From positions 570-64,569 of the forward strand of contig CAZIHL010000002.1 of NCBI GenBank assembly GCA_964538815.1: 64,000 nucleotides of DNA, given 5' to 3'. The translations under genes and the position numbers were made by a program. How positions within the stretch are numbered: the stretch's first letter is position 1; each line of letters opens with the position of its first letter. Of the stretch, positions 38,703 to 46,961 are shown piece after piece. The DNA is from an uncultured Candidatus Saccharibacteria bacterium. GTDB taxonomy: Bacteria; Patescibacteriota; Minisyncoccia; Phycocordibacterales; UBA5272. The notes beneath the pieces are model-generated. The model was not told where the DNA came from. It did no database searches and saw only the letters and a list, made by a program, of their open reading frames with translations.

Positions 38703-40193
38703 ATGAATATAGTTTTAATTTATACAATAATAGCTGCTATCGCTGGGATAGCTCTTGGCTACACAGGAAGGCATTATATTGCTCTTCTTCGCAAAAACTC
38801 AATTGAAAATGAACTAGAAGAGAAAGTACTAGAAGCTAAAAAAAATGCTAAAAAAATAGAAGAAGAAGCTTTAAAATTTTCAGAAGATATAAAACAAAGA
38901 TTAGACAAAACAGAAACAAGACTTGATAAAAAAGAAGATGAATTAGAATCTCGTGAAGAAGCTGTAAAGTTTGAAAAAGAGAAACTTTTAAATGCAGGAG
39001 AAGAATTAAAACAAATTAAAGAAAATTTAATTAAAAAAGAAAAGAGTATTGATTCGCAGCTTGAAAAAATAGCCGGATATTCTAAAGAAGAGGCAAGAAA
39101 TATTTTAATACAAAATATTGAAAGAGAATATGAAGAAGATTTTCGTTCTCGCCTTTTAAAACTTTCTCGTGATGGTGAACAAAAACTTGAAGAAAAAGCG
39201 AAAGAGATTTTAGCAACTATTATACACAGAATGGCAAATTCAAATATTACAGAATTTATGTCTAGTGTGGTAGAACTTTCTGACGATGAAATAAAAGGAA
39301 AAATAATTGGTAAAGAAGGAAGAAACATAAAAACTTTTGAAAGAGCAAGTGGTGTAGAAGTGTTGATAGATGAAATACCAAATGCTGTTGTAGTGTCATG
39401 TTTTGATCCAGTGCGTCGTGCTATAGCAGTAAATGCACTAGAAATGCTCATAAAAGATGGTAGAATCCAACCTGTAAAAATAGAAGAATTTTTAGAAAAA
39501 GCTAAAAAGGAGATCGGTACTTTTATAAGAAAGAAAGGTGAAGAGGCAGTTCTTGAGTGTGGGTTATTAAATATCCCAGATGAAATTATTCCAATTATTG
39601 GAAGACTGTATTTTAGAACAAGTTATGGGCAAAATGTTTTAGATCATTCAATTGAAATGACTCATATTGCAGGGATGCTTGCGGTAGAATTAGGAGCTAA
39701 TGTACAAGTCGCTAAAGCTGGAGCTTTATTACATGATATTGGAAAAGCTGTCGATCATGAAATTGAAGGGACACATGTAGAGATTGGTAGAAGAATTTTA
39801 ATGAAATACGGAGTAGATGAAAAAGTAATACTAGCAATGCAAGCACATCATGAAGAATATCCATATGAAACTATTGAATCTATTATTGTTCAAGTCGCCG
39901 ATGCTATTTCTGGAGGAAGGCCAGGCGCCAGAAGAGATTCTGTTGAAAATTATATTAAAAGGTTAAATGATCTTGAAAAAATAGCTATGAGTTTTATGGG
40001 TATTGAAAAGGTATATGCTCTTCAGGCAGGAAGAGAAGTTCGAGTATTTGTAGAACCAACTCAAATAAATGATTTGGATGCGTTAGCACTTGCTAGAAAT
40101 ATAGCTCTTCGTATAGAAACAGAAATAAAATATCCAGGAGAAATTAAAATCAATGTCATACGTGAAAGTAGAGTCATAGAATTTGCTAGGTAG
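38703..40193 (+). CDS. rny: Ribonuclease Y
   Basis: N-terminal TM, coiled coil, KH (IIGKEGRNI), HD (LLHDIGKA) and RPGARR motifs; start at MNIVL. Confidence 0.96.
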   Translation: MNIVLIYTIIAAIAGIALGYTGRHYIALLRKNSIENELEEKVLEAKKNAKKIEEEALKFSEDIKQRLDKTETRLDKKEDELESREEAVKFEKEKLLNAGEELKQIKENLIKKEKSIDSQLEKIAGYSKEEARNILIQNIEREYEEDFRSRLLKLSRDGEQKLEEKAKEILATIIHRMANSNITEFMSSVVELSDDEIKGKIIGKEGRNIKTFERASGVEVLIDEIPNAVVVSCFDPVRRAIAVNALEMLIKDGRIQPVKIEEFLEKAKKEIGTFIRKKGEEAVLECGLLNIPDEIIPIIGRLYFRTSYGQNVLDHSIEMTHIAGMLAVELGANVQVAKAGALLHDIGKAVDHEIEGTHVEIGRRILMKYGVDEKVILAMQAHHEEYPYETIESIIVQVADAISGGRPGARRDSVENYIKRLNDLEKIAMSFMGIEKVYALQAGREVRVFVEPTQINDLDALALARNIALRIETEIKYPGEIKINVIRESRVIEFAR

Positions 40194-40305
40194 ATTAAAG
40201 ATAAATAAATATAAATTGTCCTACGCCTCTGGTGTGGGCAATTTTAGTTAAGTCTATTTAACATTGTCCTTTTCACACACTTTATTTTCTGATATATTAT
40301 TAATA

Positions 40306-40866
40306 ATGAAAAATATTAATATAAGGGTATTTACAATATTATCTGTAGCAATAGTTGTGGGTACTTTTTCTTTTGCTACAGCTCAAACATCTACAGATGT
40401 TAAAACAAATTCAAAAGTTGAAATTTCTCTTCCAGTTGAGAAGGATGATTTTCTTTTATTTTATGGAGTTACTAATGATACACAAGTAAATGCAGAACTG
40501 TCAGATTTAAGAAAAGATTTTGTTGAAAAGTTTAATAATCTTAAAGATGAATATAAGAAATCTTTCAATACTATAGTCAATAATTCAGAATTAAAGCCGG
40601 GGGTACCAGAAGAAAAGTCTGGAGAAGTAAAACCAGTAACTGCCCAAGCCACTTTAAAAGCCTCAGTAAATTCTAAAGCAATGGTAGATTCAAAAGCTCT
40701 AAAAGAGTCTGCTACTAGTGTAACTAACACAATTAAGAAATATGTTATAGAAGATACTAAAAATGTGGTGATAACTCCTATTGTAAATATTGTAAACGAT
40801 AAAGCCGCAGTAAAAACAGAAGCTAGCTCTTGGTTTCAAAAAATAAAATCTTGGTTTGGTTGGTAA
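40306..40866 (+). CDS. Secreted hypothetical protein
   Basis: Signal peptide from MKNIN; amphipathic WFQKIKSWFGW C-terminus. Confidence 0.6.
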   Translation: MKNINIRVFTILSVAIVVGTFSFATAQTSTDVKTNSKVEISLPVEKDDFLLFYGVTNDTQVNAELSDLRKDFVEKFNNLKDEYKKSFNTIVNNSELKPGVPEEKSGEVKPVTAQATLKASVNSKAMVDSKALKESATSVTNTIKKYVIEDTKNVVITPIVNIVNDKAAVKTEASSWFQKIKSWFGW

Positions 40867-40902
40867 AAAAATTCTTCTTATTAAGAAGAATTTTAGTTTT
40901 TT

Positions 40903-41040
40903 CTATATTTTTATTCCTACTTCTTCATTGTTTTTTATAATAAGGTCTATAGGTATAGAACTTATTATAATAGTCAGTAAAAATAATAAAGGACTAAGCA
41001 TTATTCCTGCCAATATCCATAAAATAATTTTTATTTTCAT
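40903..41040 (-). CDS. Small (45 aa) membrane protein
   Basis: Manual ORF MKIKIILWILAGIMLSPLLFLLTIIISS...; own TTGCAT..TATAAA promoter at 41081-41110. Confidence 0.45.
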   Translation of the reverse strand: MKIKIILWILAGIMLSPLLFLLTIIISSIPIDLIIKNNEEVGIKI

Positions 41041-41135
41041 TTTTTATTTTTTTTAATTAAAAAGAAGAATATCTATTTATTTTATAGCATAATATTTTTA
41101 TATTATGCAAGTTTTTGGTTAAAATTAATGTTGAA

Positions 41136-41182
41136 ATATAATTTAAAGAGCAGCACCGAAGGTGCTGCTCTTTAAATTATAT
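41136..41182. repeat. CC-GAA-GG palindrome (22-bp stem) downstream of tRNA-Pro
   Basis: atataatttaaagagcagcacc-gaa-ggtgctgctctttaaattatat. Confidence 0.85.
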
Positions 41183-41191
41183 AAACTTTTG

Positions 41192-41264
41192 TCGGAGTGC
41201 CGGGATTCGAACCCGGAGTCGCTGGTACCCAAAACCAGAATGTTAGCCGTTACACCACACTCCG
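41192..41264 (-). tRNA. tRNA-Pro(TGG), CCA not fully encoded
   Basis: CGGAGTG acceptor stem, CTGGT-TTTGGGT-ACCAG anticodon arm, GTTCGAATC T-loop. Confidence 0.95.
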
Positions 41265-41289
41265 TTATTCAATTTTATTTTTAACTTTT

Positions 41290-41362
41290 GAGTATAGTCC
41301 AGCGACTCGTTGTCTAACTCATATTGCAAATCAGTTAGATGTTAAGCTGCTACACTGCACTC
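41290..41362 (-). ncRNA. Candidate rod-like RNA upstream of tRNA-Pro
   Basis: gagtgcagtgtagcagctt/gagtcgctggactatactc and tctaact/agttaga pairings; G-U wobbles modestly favour the minus strand. Confidence 0.4.
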
Positions 41363-41402
41363 TATTATTTCTTTTTAGCAAAGATATTTTATCATAAATT
41401 AA

Positions 41403-41449
41403 AAAATAAATACAGGGCGGCGCCGAAGGCACCGCCCTGTATTTATTTT
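41403..41449. repeat. CC-GAA-GG palindrome (22-bp stem, one mismatch)
   Basis: aaaataaatacagggcggcgcc-gaa-ggcaccgccctgtatttatttt at the stop of the DUF2914 gene. Confidence 0.85.
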
Positions 41450-42569
41450 AATAAACCATTATATTCTGCAATCCTACAAGTCTTCCATCTGCAAGCACTC
41501 TGACTCTCCACTCCCCTTTCGAAATATTACTAATTTGTGTGTATCCTCTATAGCCCTCTTCTCTACCCCCAGAAATAGGATAACCTATTTCAGCTTCTTT
41601 TATCCAAATTTTTCTCTCAGCATCATACTTTTCCCAGACATGGGTAATATCTGCCGATACATTTGCTGGTGAAATTATACTTGAGTAAAAATACATCTCC
41701 CCTCCATTTATTTCTTTAAGTGTTAGTAAATCATAATGATCTTTATTTAAGATAAAAAATTTTTTATCTTGTACCAGCCCTCTATCTTCCCTATTATAAG
41801 TATATCCACCACCAACATCTATCTTTTCAACTTTTGTATAAAATCCAGAATCCCCTAATGCTAGAGGCACTGCTGGGATATAGTTTATAAAATAAAGTCT
41901 AAGCATTAAAAACGGAAAGAATATAGAAAATATTATAAGAAATATAAAATCTCTACTAGATAAATATATTCTTTGCAATAAAACTGTGAGTATAGAAGTT
42001 AAAATAACAGCAATTAAAATAGAAACAAAAAAAGTATAAGTATTAACTTTATTTACTACAATAGGCACATTAAAGATTATGTAAAAAGTTAATCCTATAT
42101 AAAATAGAATCAAATCAGGAACTCTTCCATACATAAATTCATTCAGAATGATAGCAATAAGAATAATTAAAAATATTGGCCACATTTGAATAACATCAGA
42201 GCTTCTAAAATAATAGACTAAAGTATTGGATAAAAGCGTTCCCAAGAAAAATGAAACCCAGAATGTTGCCCAGCGAGTAGCTTTTTCTATCCTTTTATAA
42301 CCTTTTGTTTTTAAATCATCAAAAGTTTTCTTTTCCTCTGTTTCTTGTGAAACTTTTAATTCTTTCTTTATTTTCTTTGTACGTTTTATCAGATTCCCCT
42401 GTACTGCCTGTCTTGCAAAAATGAAAATTAAAATAACAGTAATATTAATTGGTCCTACCCATATATAATACGGAGATGTGGTTTTTGGTAAAATTAATAT
42501 ATCTGTAATAAAACCAGTAAAAAAAGAAATAGTTTTAAAATGTTTTATACAAAATTTAACGAAAGACAT
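41448..42569 (-). CDS. Polytopic membrane protein with a C-terminal DUF2914-like domain
   Basis: IPAVPLAL, H.W...., GGREEGYRGYT and GEWRVRV..DGR motifs. Confidence 0.75.
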   Translation of the reverse strand: MSFVKFCIKHFKTISFFTGFITDILILPKTTSPYYIWVGPINITVILIFIFARQAVQGNLIKRTKKIKKELKVSQETEEKKTFDDLKTKGYKRIEKATRWATFWVSFFLGTLLSNTLVYYFRSSDVIQMWPIFLIILIAIILNEFMYGRVPDLILFYIGLTFYIIFNVPIVVNKVNTYTFFVSILIAVILTSILTVLLQRIYLSSRDFIFLIIFSIFFPFLMLRLYFINYIPAVPLALGDSGFYTKVEKIDVGGGYTYNREDRGLVQDKKFFILNKDHYDLLTLKEINGGEMYFYSSIISPANVSADITHVWEKYDAERKIWIKEAEIGYPISGGREEGYRGYTQISNISKGEWRVRVLADGRLVGLQNIMVY

Positions 42570-42589
42570 AATTATTTATAATAATTATA

Positions 42590-43012
42590 TTACAAAATAA
42601 AGTCTTTATACATTTTTATCTTCGCTTGCTGTGAATTTGTTTCTATAAAAACTATTACGGCGATAACTTTTATATCTATATCACTTTCTTTTATTTTTCT
42701 ATAAGACAGATAATGTTTTATGGCCTTTAAAAGTCTTTGTCGTTTAGAGGTGGTTAAATTGTTTTCAGGAGAGAAAGGGTTGTCTTTTATTTCTTCAAAG
42801 TTTTTAATTTTTTTAGTTTTTACTTCAATAAAAGCTAGATTTCTTAGTTTCACATGAAATTTTTTTATGTCTTTTATCTTTTGGGTCGCAATAATATCTA
42901 TTTCCCCTCCTTTCATGTGAAAATTTCTTTCAATAATATCAAAATCTTTAGAAATAAGATATTTCACAGCAATATTTTCACCCAATTTTCCTATTTCATT
43001 ATGTTCTGCCAT
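42590..43012 (-). CDS. yraN: YraN-family (UPF0102) PD-(D/E)xK nuclease
   Basis: GKLGENIAVKYL, GEIDII and FIEVKT motifs. Confidence 0.9.
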   Translation of the reverse strand: MAEHNEIGKLGENIAVKYLISKDFDIIERNFHMKGGEIDIIATQKIKDIKKFHVKLRNLAFIEVKTKKIKNFEEIKDNPFSPENNLTTSKRQRLLKAIKHYLSYRKIKESDIDIKVIAVIVFIETNSQQAKIKMYKDFIL

Positions 43013-43389
43013 TATACTTTATATTTTAGCACTATTTTAGAATTAATTGTCTTATTTCACAAGAAACAATATAAATACACTATATTTCATTTTTTGTTAA
43101 GTAAAAAATATCACATTTTATGTTAAGAATCATTTCATATAAAATAATGAAATACAAATATTTTATTAACACTTCATTACATTTTTCAACTAGGTTTATT
43201 ATCATATATTTCATATGAAACTTTAGAATATTATGAAATACTCATTTCACACGAAACAAACTCAAGTATGCTTGGAGAAAGCATATAAAAAATAAGTATT
43301 TCACATGAAAACCTTAATGTATTTCTTTTGGGTTTTTTGATTTATATTTTAATAAAACATAAGAGATTAAATTAGTTTCACGTGAAACA
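42847..43389. promoter_or_regulatory. parS site cluster
   Basis: Perfect GTTTCACGTGAAAC at 43375-43388; degenerate copies at 42847, 42911, 43055, 43133, 43209, 43245 and 43299. Confidence 0.8.
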
Positions 43390-43427
43390 ATTATATAGAT
43401 TACTGGTATAATTCGAGACAAATAGAT

Positions 43428-43625
43428 ATAAAAGACAAAAAAGCTTGAAAATAAAGGACTTTTTAAAGGACAAGTATTATATGTCTTTTTATGCTTGTCT
43501 TTTTAAATGTCGTTTATACACATATGCACTGATTTATCCACCATTTTTGACAAAAGGACAAAATATCTCACAAAAAAGACAGTATTTAATGTCTTTTTGA
43601 TAATATATAAAATATATGTCTTTGA
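43428..43625. repeat. Second cluster of TGTCNTTT/AAANGACA motifs with a near DnaA box
   Basis: About ten copies in about 200 bp; TTATCCACC near 43534. Confidence 0.65.
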
Positions 43626-43659
43626 CGGTATTATAAATCTAATATGATAAAATACTTTT

Positions 43660-44346
43660 ATGACCAAAGGGGAGAAAGAAATAAATATAAATGAAGAATG
43701 GAAGCTTGTTTTACAAGAGTTTTTTGCTACAGAAGACTGGAAAAGTCTCTCAGAGTTTATAAAGAAAGAATATTTAGATAAAAATAAAACAATATTTCCA
43801 TCATCAGAAGATATTTTTAAAGCTTTTGATTTAACACCATTTTCACGTGTAAAGGTTGTGATATTAGGACAAGATCCATATCATGATAAAGGACAAGCTC
43901 ACGGACTTTCTTTTTCTGTCCCTGATAACACTCCTTTACCTCCATCTTTAAAAAATATTTATAAAGAAATAGAAGAGGATTTAGGTATAAAAAAAGATTT
44001 CACAAAGGGGAGTCTAGAAAGTTGGGCAAAGCAAGGAGTCTTTCTTTTAAATACTATTTTGACTGTCATAGCTCATACTCCAGCAAGTCATAGAAATAAA
44101 GGTTGGGAGAAATTTACAGATTATATTATTAAAACTCTTTCTGATAAAGGACAAAATATGGTCTTTATGCTTTGGGGTAATTATGCTCGTTCCAAAAGGA
44201 CATTAATAGACGATAAAAGACATTTAATACTCGAATCAGTCCACCCATCACCATTCTCTGCAAATAATGGCTTTTTTGGCTCTAAACATTTTTCTAAAGC
44301 GAATAAATATTTAAAAGAACATAGGAAAGGGGAAATAGACTGGTAA
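43660..44346 (+). CDS. ung: Uracil-DNA glycosylase family 1
   Basis: GQDPYH, PPSLKNI and HPSP motifs. Confidence 0.96.
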   Translation: MTKGEKEININEEWKLVLQEFFATEDWKSLSEFIKKEYLDKNKTIFPSSEDIFKAFDLTPFSRVKVVILGQDPYHDKGQAHGLSFSVPDNTPLPPSLKNIYKEIEEDLGIKKDFTKGSLESWAKQGVFLLNTILTVIAHTPASHRNKGWEKFTDYIIKTLSDKGQNMVFMLWGNYARSKRTLIDDKRHLILESVHPSPFSANNGFFGSKHFSKANKYLKEHRKGEIDW

Positions 44347-44353
44347 ATTATTA

Positions 44354-44529
44354 TTTTGTGCGGCGTAGGAGAATCGGTCACCAAACATAGTCGCTTTGCT
44401 CCTTGTTTCGCGACCCCGGCTTCGCTGTCTCAAAAATTTTTACAAATTTTTGGCTTCGCAGACAGCTCAGTTCGATTCTTCTACTTGCCAAAAATATATT
44501 CCAAAAATCTTTCAGCTTTTTCTCATTAT
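44354..44529 (-). mobile_element. 176-bp non-coding element at the 3' end of tRNA-Gly(GCC), bounded by a 23-bp duplication of the tRNA 3' end
   Basis: ttttgtgcggcgtaggagaatcg at 44354-44376 and 44530-44552; internal antisense T-arm copy at 44469-44489. Mobility is inferred. Confidence 0.6.
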
Positions 44530-44534
44530 TTTTG

Positions 44535-44605
44535 TGCGGCGTAGGAGAATCGAACTCCTGTCTCATCCTTGGCAAGGACGTGTTCTACCACTAAACCAAC
44601 ACCGC
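44535..44605 (-). tRNA. tRNA-Gly(GCC)
   Basis: GCGGTGT acceptor stem, anticodon loop TTGCCAA, GTTCGATTC T-loop. Confidence 0.95.
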
Positions 44606-44725
44606 ATTTATACAAATAAATATATCATAAAAATCTTTTTTAGGAAAATTAATCCTTATTATTTTTCATGTAAAATATAAAAGTCGTTTCTTGTGAAATG
44701 ATTTTAAGTTTGGTAAAATATAAAC

Positions 44726-45006
44726 CTCTTCCTCAAATGATCGCGATTTCTAACTTATTTTAGGAATTGAGGAAAGTCGGAACACATACTTCTTTATAGT
44801 TAAAATGGTAGTGGGTAACACCCATCCGCCGTGAGGCGCGAGTTGCGAACAGAGACGAGCCGGTTTAGTCCGGTTGAAACGGCTAAATACTTACCTATGT
44901 GCAAGGTCGTGCTTTGATTCATTTCAAAGAGTGCCGCTTGAGGTGAAAGGAAACTTTTATCCCAGATAAATGATCATATAAACAGAATTCCGCTTATGAT
45001 GAAGAG
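44726..45006 (+). ncRNA. rnpB: RNase P RNA
   Basis: GAGGAAAGTC and AACAGAATTCCGCTTA universal motifs; ctcttc/gaagag closing stem. Confidence 0.93.
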
Positions 45007-45008
45007 AT

Positions 45009-45047
45009 AAGAAAAACTACTCGTAAGACGAGTAGTTTTTCTTTTTT
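45009..45047 (+). terminator. Intrinsic terminator of rnpB
   Basis: aagaaaaactactcg/cgagtagtttttctt stem followed by a U-run. Confidence 0.8.
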
Positions 45048-45083
45048 GAAAATTTTTAAAAATGTGATAGAATGCTTTTGTTC

Positions 45084-45154
45084 GCGGTGTTGGTTTAGTG
45101 GTAGAATACCTGCCTTCCAAGCAGGGGACAAGGGTTCGATTCCCTTACGCCGCA
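45084..45154 (+). tRNA. tRNA-Gly(TCC)
   Basis: CCTGC-CTTCCAA-GCAGG anticodon arm; GTTCGATTC T-loop. Confidence 0.95.
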
Positions 45155-45222
45155 CAAGATGATAAGAGAAATTTTAAAGTTCTTAATTCTAGTTTTATAA
45201 AAATGTTATTATAGTATTGTAA

Positions 45223-45294
45223 GCCTTCGTGGTGAAATGGATATCACAGCGGTCTTCGGAACCGTTATTCTGGGTTCGAGTCCTGGCGGAGGCA
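45223..45294 (+). tRNA. tRNA-Arg(TCG)
   Basis: GCGGT-CTTCGGA-ACCGT anticodon arm; GTTCGAGTC T-loop. Confidence 0.92.
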
Positions 45295-45340
45295 CAAAAG
45301 ATCTAATTATATTATTTCAATAATTGAAATCTAAAAAATA

Positions 45341-46846
45341 ATGACTACAAAAATAGAAAATAGAATAAACAAAACAAAGATCCTAAAAGATATAATCTGG
45401 GTGTGTAGTGAATTGTCAAAAAATAATTTTGATAGTTATCTTGTGGGTGGATGTGTACGCGATTTGATTTTAGGAAGAGAGCCAAAAGACTATGATATTA
45501 CAACGAATGCAACCCCCGAAGAAATTATTAAAATTTTTGGTGGAGAAAAAGGAGAAGATACTGTATATTCCAATAGTTTTGGAACTGTAGGAATAAAAAT
45601 TAGAGATGAAGAAAGTGATGAAGTAGAAATTATAGAAGTTACTACATATAGAAAAGAAGGTGAGTACGAAGACTTTCGCAGACCAAGTAAAATAGAATGG
45701 GGAAAAAGTATTGAGGAAGATCTTGAAAGAAGAGATTTTAGAATGAACGCAATAGCTTTTGACCCTATTAAAAATATTGTAGTAGATATTTTTGATGGAG
45801 AAAAAGATATTCAAAATAAAATTATAAATTGCGTTGGTAATCCTGAAGAAAGATTTAATGAAGACGCGCTTCGAATGTTGCGTGCCGTTAGATTTTCAGC
45901 ACAGCTTGATTTTGTAATTGGAGGAGAAACTTTTAATGCAATATTTAAGCTTGGTGAAAATCTTAGTAAGATTTCAAAAGAAAGAATAAGAGATGAGTTT
46001 ATAAAAATAATAATGAGTCCGAATGCAATGCAGGCGATTATTATTTTACACAAATTAAATATTTTAAAATATATTTCTCCTGAGCTAGAGGTGTCTGTTG
46101 GTGTTAGTCAAAATGGGCATCACGCTTATGATGTGTTTGAGCATCTATTGCGATCACTTAATCATGCAGTGGAGAAAAATTATGATCTTGAGACAAGACT
46201 CGCTGCATTATTTCACGATATTGGAAAGCCAAAAACAAGAAGATTTGATAATAAGAAAAATGACTATACCTTTTATAATCATGAAGTAGTAGGCGAGAGG
46301 ATGGTGAAGAATATTTTAGAAAACTTAAAATTTAAAAAAGAAATAATTGAAAAAGTTGAAAGACTTGTAAGATGGCATATGTTTTTCTCGGATACTGAAG
46401 AAATTACATTAGCATCTGTGCGAAGACTAATTGTGCGAGTCGGCAAAGAAAATATTTGGGATTTGGTGAATGTAAGAATTTGTGACAGGATAGGATCTGG
46501 GACAAAAAAAGAAGAACCGTATCGCTTGCGAAAATTTGAAAGTATGATTGATGAGGCGCTACGTGATCCAGTCTCACTTAAAACTTTAAAAATAAATGGA
46601 GAAGTGATAATGAAAGAGTTAAGCATAAAACCTAGTAAAAAAGTGGGATTAATTTTGAATGCTCTTTTTGAAGAAGTAATAGATGATACAGGAAAAAATA
46701 ATGAGGATTATCTAGTAAAGAGAGCAAAAGAATTAAATAATTTAGAAGAAAAAGAATTGATAGAGCTCGCAGAAAAAGGAAAAGAAAAAATGGAAGAGAA
46801 AAATGAGGAGAAATTGGAAGAGATAAAAAAGAAGTTTAAAGTTTAA
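45341..46846 (+). CDS. cca: CCA tRNA nucleotidyltransferase (class II) with HD domain
   Basis: VGGCVRD..DYD, RRDFRMNA, EDALRMLRAVRF and FHDIGK motifs. Confidence 0.9.
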   Translation: MTTKIENRINKTKILKDIIWVCSELSKNNFDSYLVGGCVRDLILGREPKDYDITTNATPEEIIKIFGGEKGEDTVYSNSFGTVGIKIRDEESDEVEIIEVTTYRKEGEYEDFRRPSKIEWGKSIEEDLERRDFRMNAIAFDPIKNIVVDIFDGEKDIQNKIINCVGNPEERFNEDALRMLRAVRFSAQLDFVIGGETFNAIFKLGENLSKISKERIRDEFIKIIMSPNAMQAIIILHKLNILKYISPELEVSVGVSQNGHHAYDVFEHLLRSLNHAVEKNYDLETRLAALFHDIGKPKTRRFDNKKNDYTFYNHEVVGERMVKNILENLKFKKEIIEKVERLVRWHMFFSDTEEITLASVRRLIVRVGKENIWDLVNVRICDRIGSGTKKEEPYRLRKFESMIDEALRDPVSLKTLKINGEVIMKELSIKPSKKVGLILNALFEEVIDDTGKNNEDYLVKRAKELNNLEEKELIELAEKGKEKMEEKNEEKLEEIKKKFKV

Positions 46847-46889
46847 AAACAAAATGCCCCGCGCCGAAGGCGCGGGGCATTTTGTTTTT
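46845..46889. repeat. CC-GAA-GG palindrome (21-bp stem); probable cca terminator
   Basis: aaaaacaaaatgccccgcgcc-gaa-ggcgcggggcattttgttttt. Confidence 0.85.
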
Positions 46890-46910
46890 CATTTTATAAA
46901 TTTTAAAAAT

Positions 46911-46961
46911 AAAAAAGGCCACCGCATTGCTGCTGGCGACCCTTACTAACCCATTAAATTC
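46911..46961 (-). ncRNA. Candidate ~50-nt small RNA
   Basis: TTGCAA-17-TAAATT promoter (46996-46968); GCAA-tetraloop hairpin with U-run; no room for a meaningful ORF. Confidence 0.4.

Noticed and set aside
40216-40241. Hairpin after rny similar to the GAA palindromes
   Set aside because: The loop is TCT and the stem has G-U pairs; treated as an ordinary or decayed terminator and not counted in the family.
41081-41112. GCATAA...TTATGC inverted repeat resembling a dif site
   Set aside because: The spacer is 10 bp rather than 6, and the sequence is explained as a -35/-10 promoter.
36030-43625. CRISPR array in the repeat-rich intergenic regions
   Set aside because: Motifs are only 8-14 bp, irregularly spaced and in both orientations; no cas genes.
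44356-44680. Several short ORFs over the tRNA-Gly region
   Set aside because: They overlap the tRNA and the structured element; open frames arise from the higher GC content.
15791-46889. Diversity-generating retroelement suggested by GRA-loop hairpins
   Set aside because: No reverse transcriptase is seen. The only long repeat pair (110 bp) is intergenic with just 3 differences, so it is not a template/variable repeat pair.
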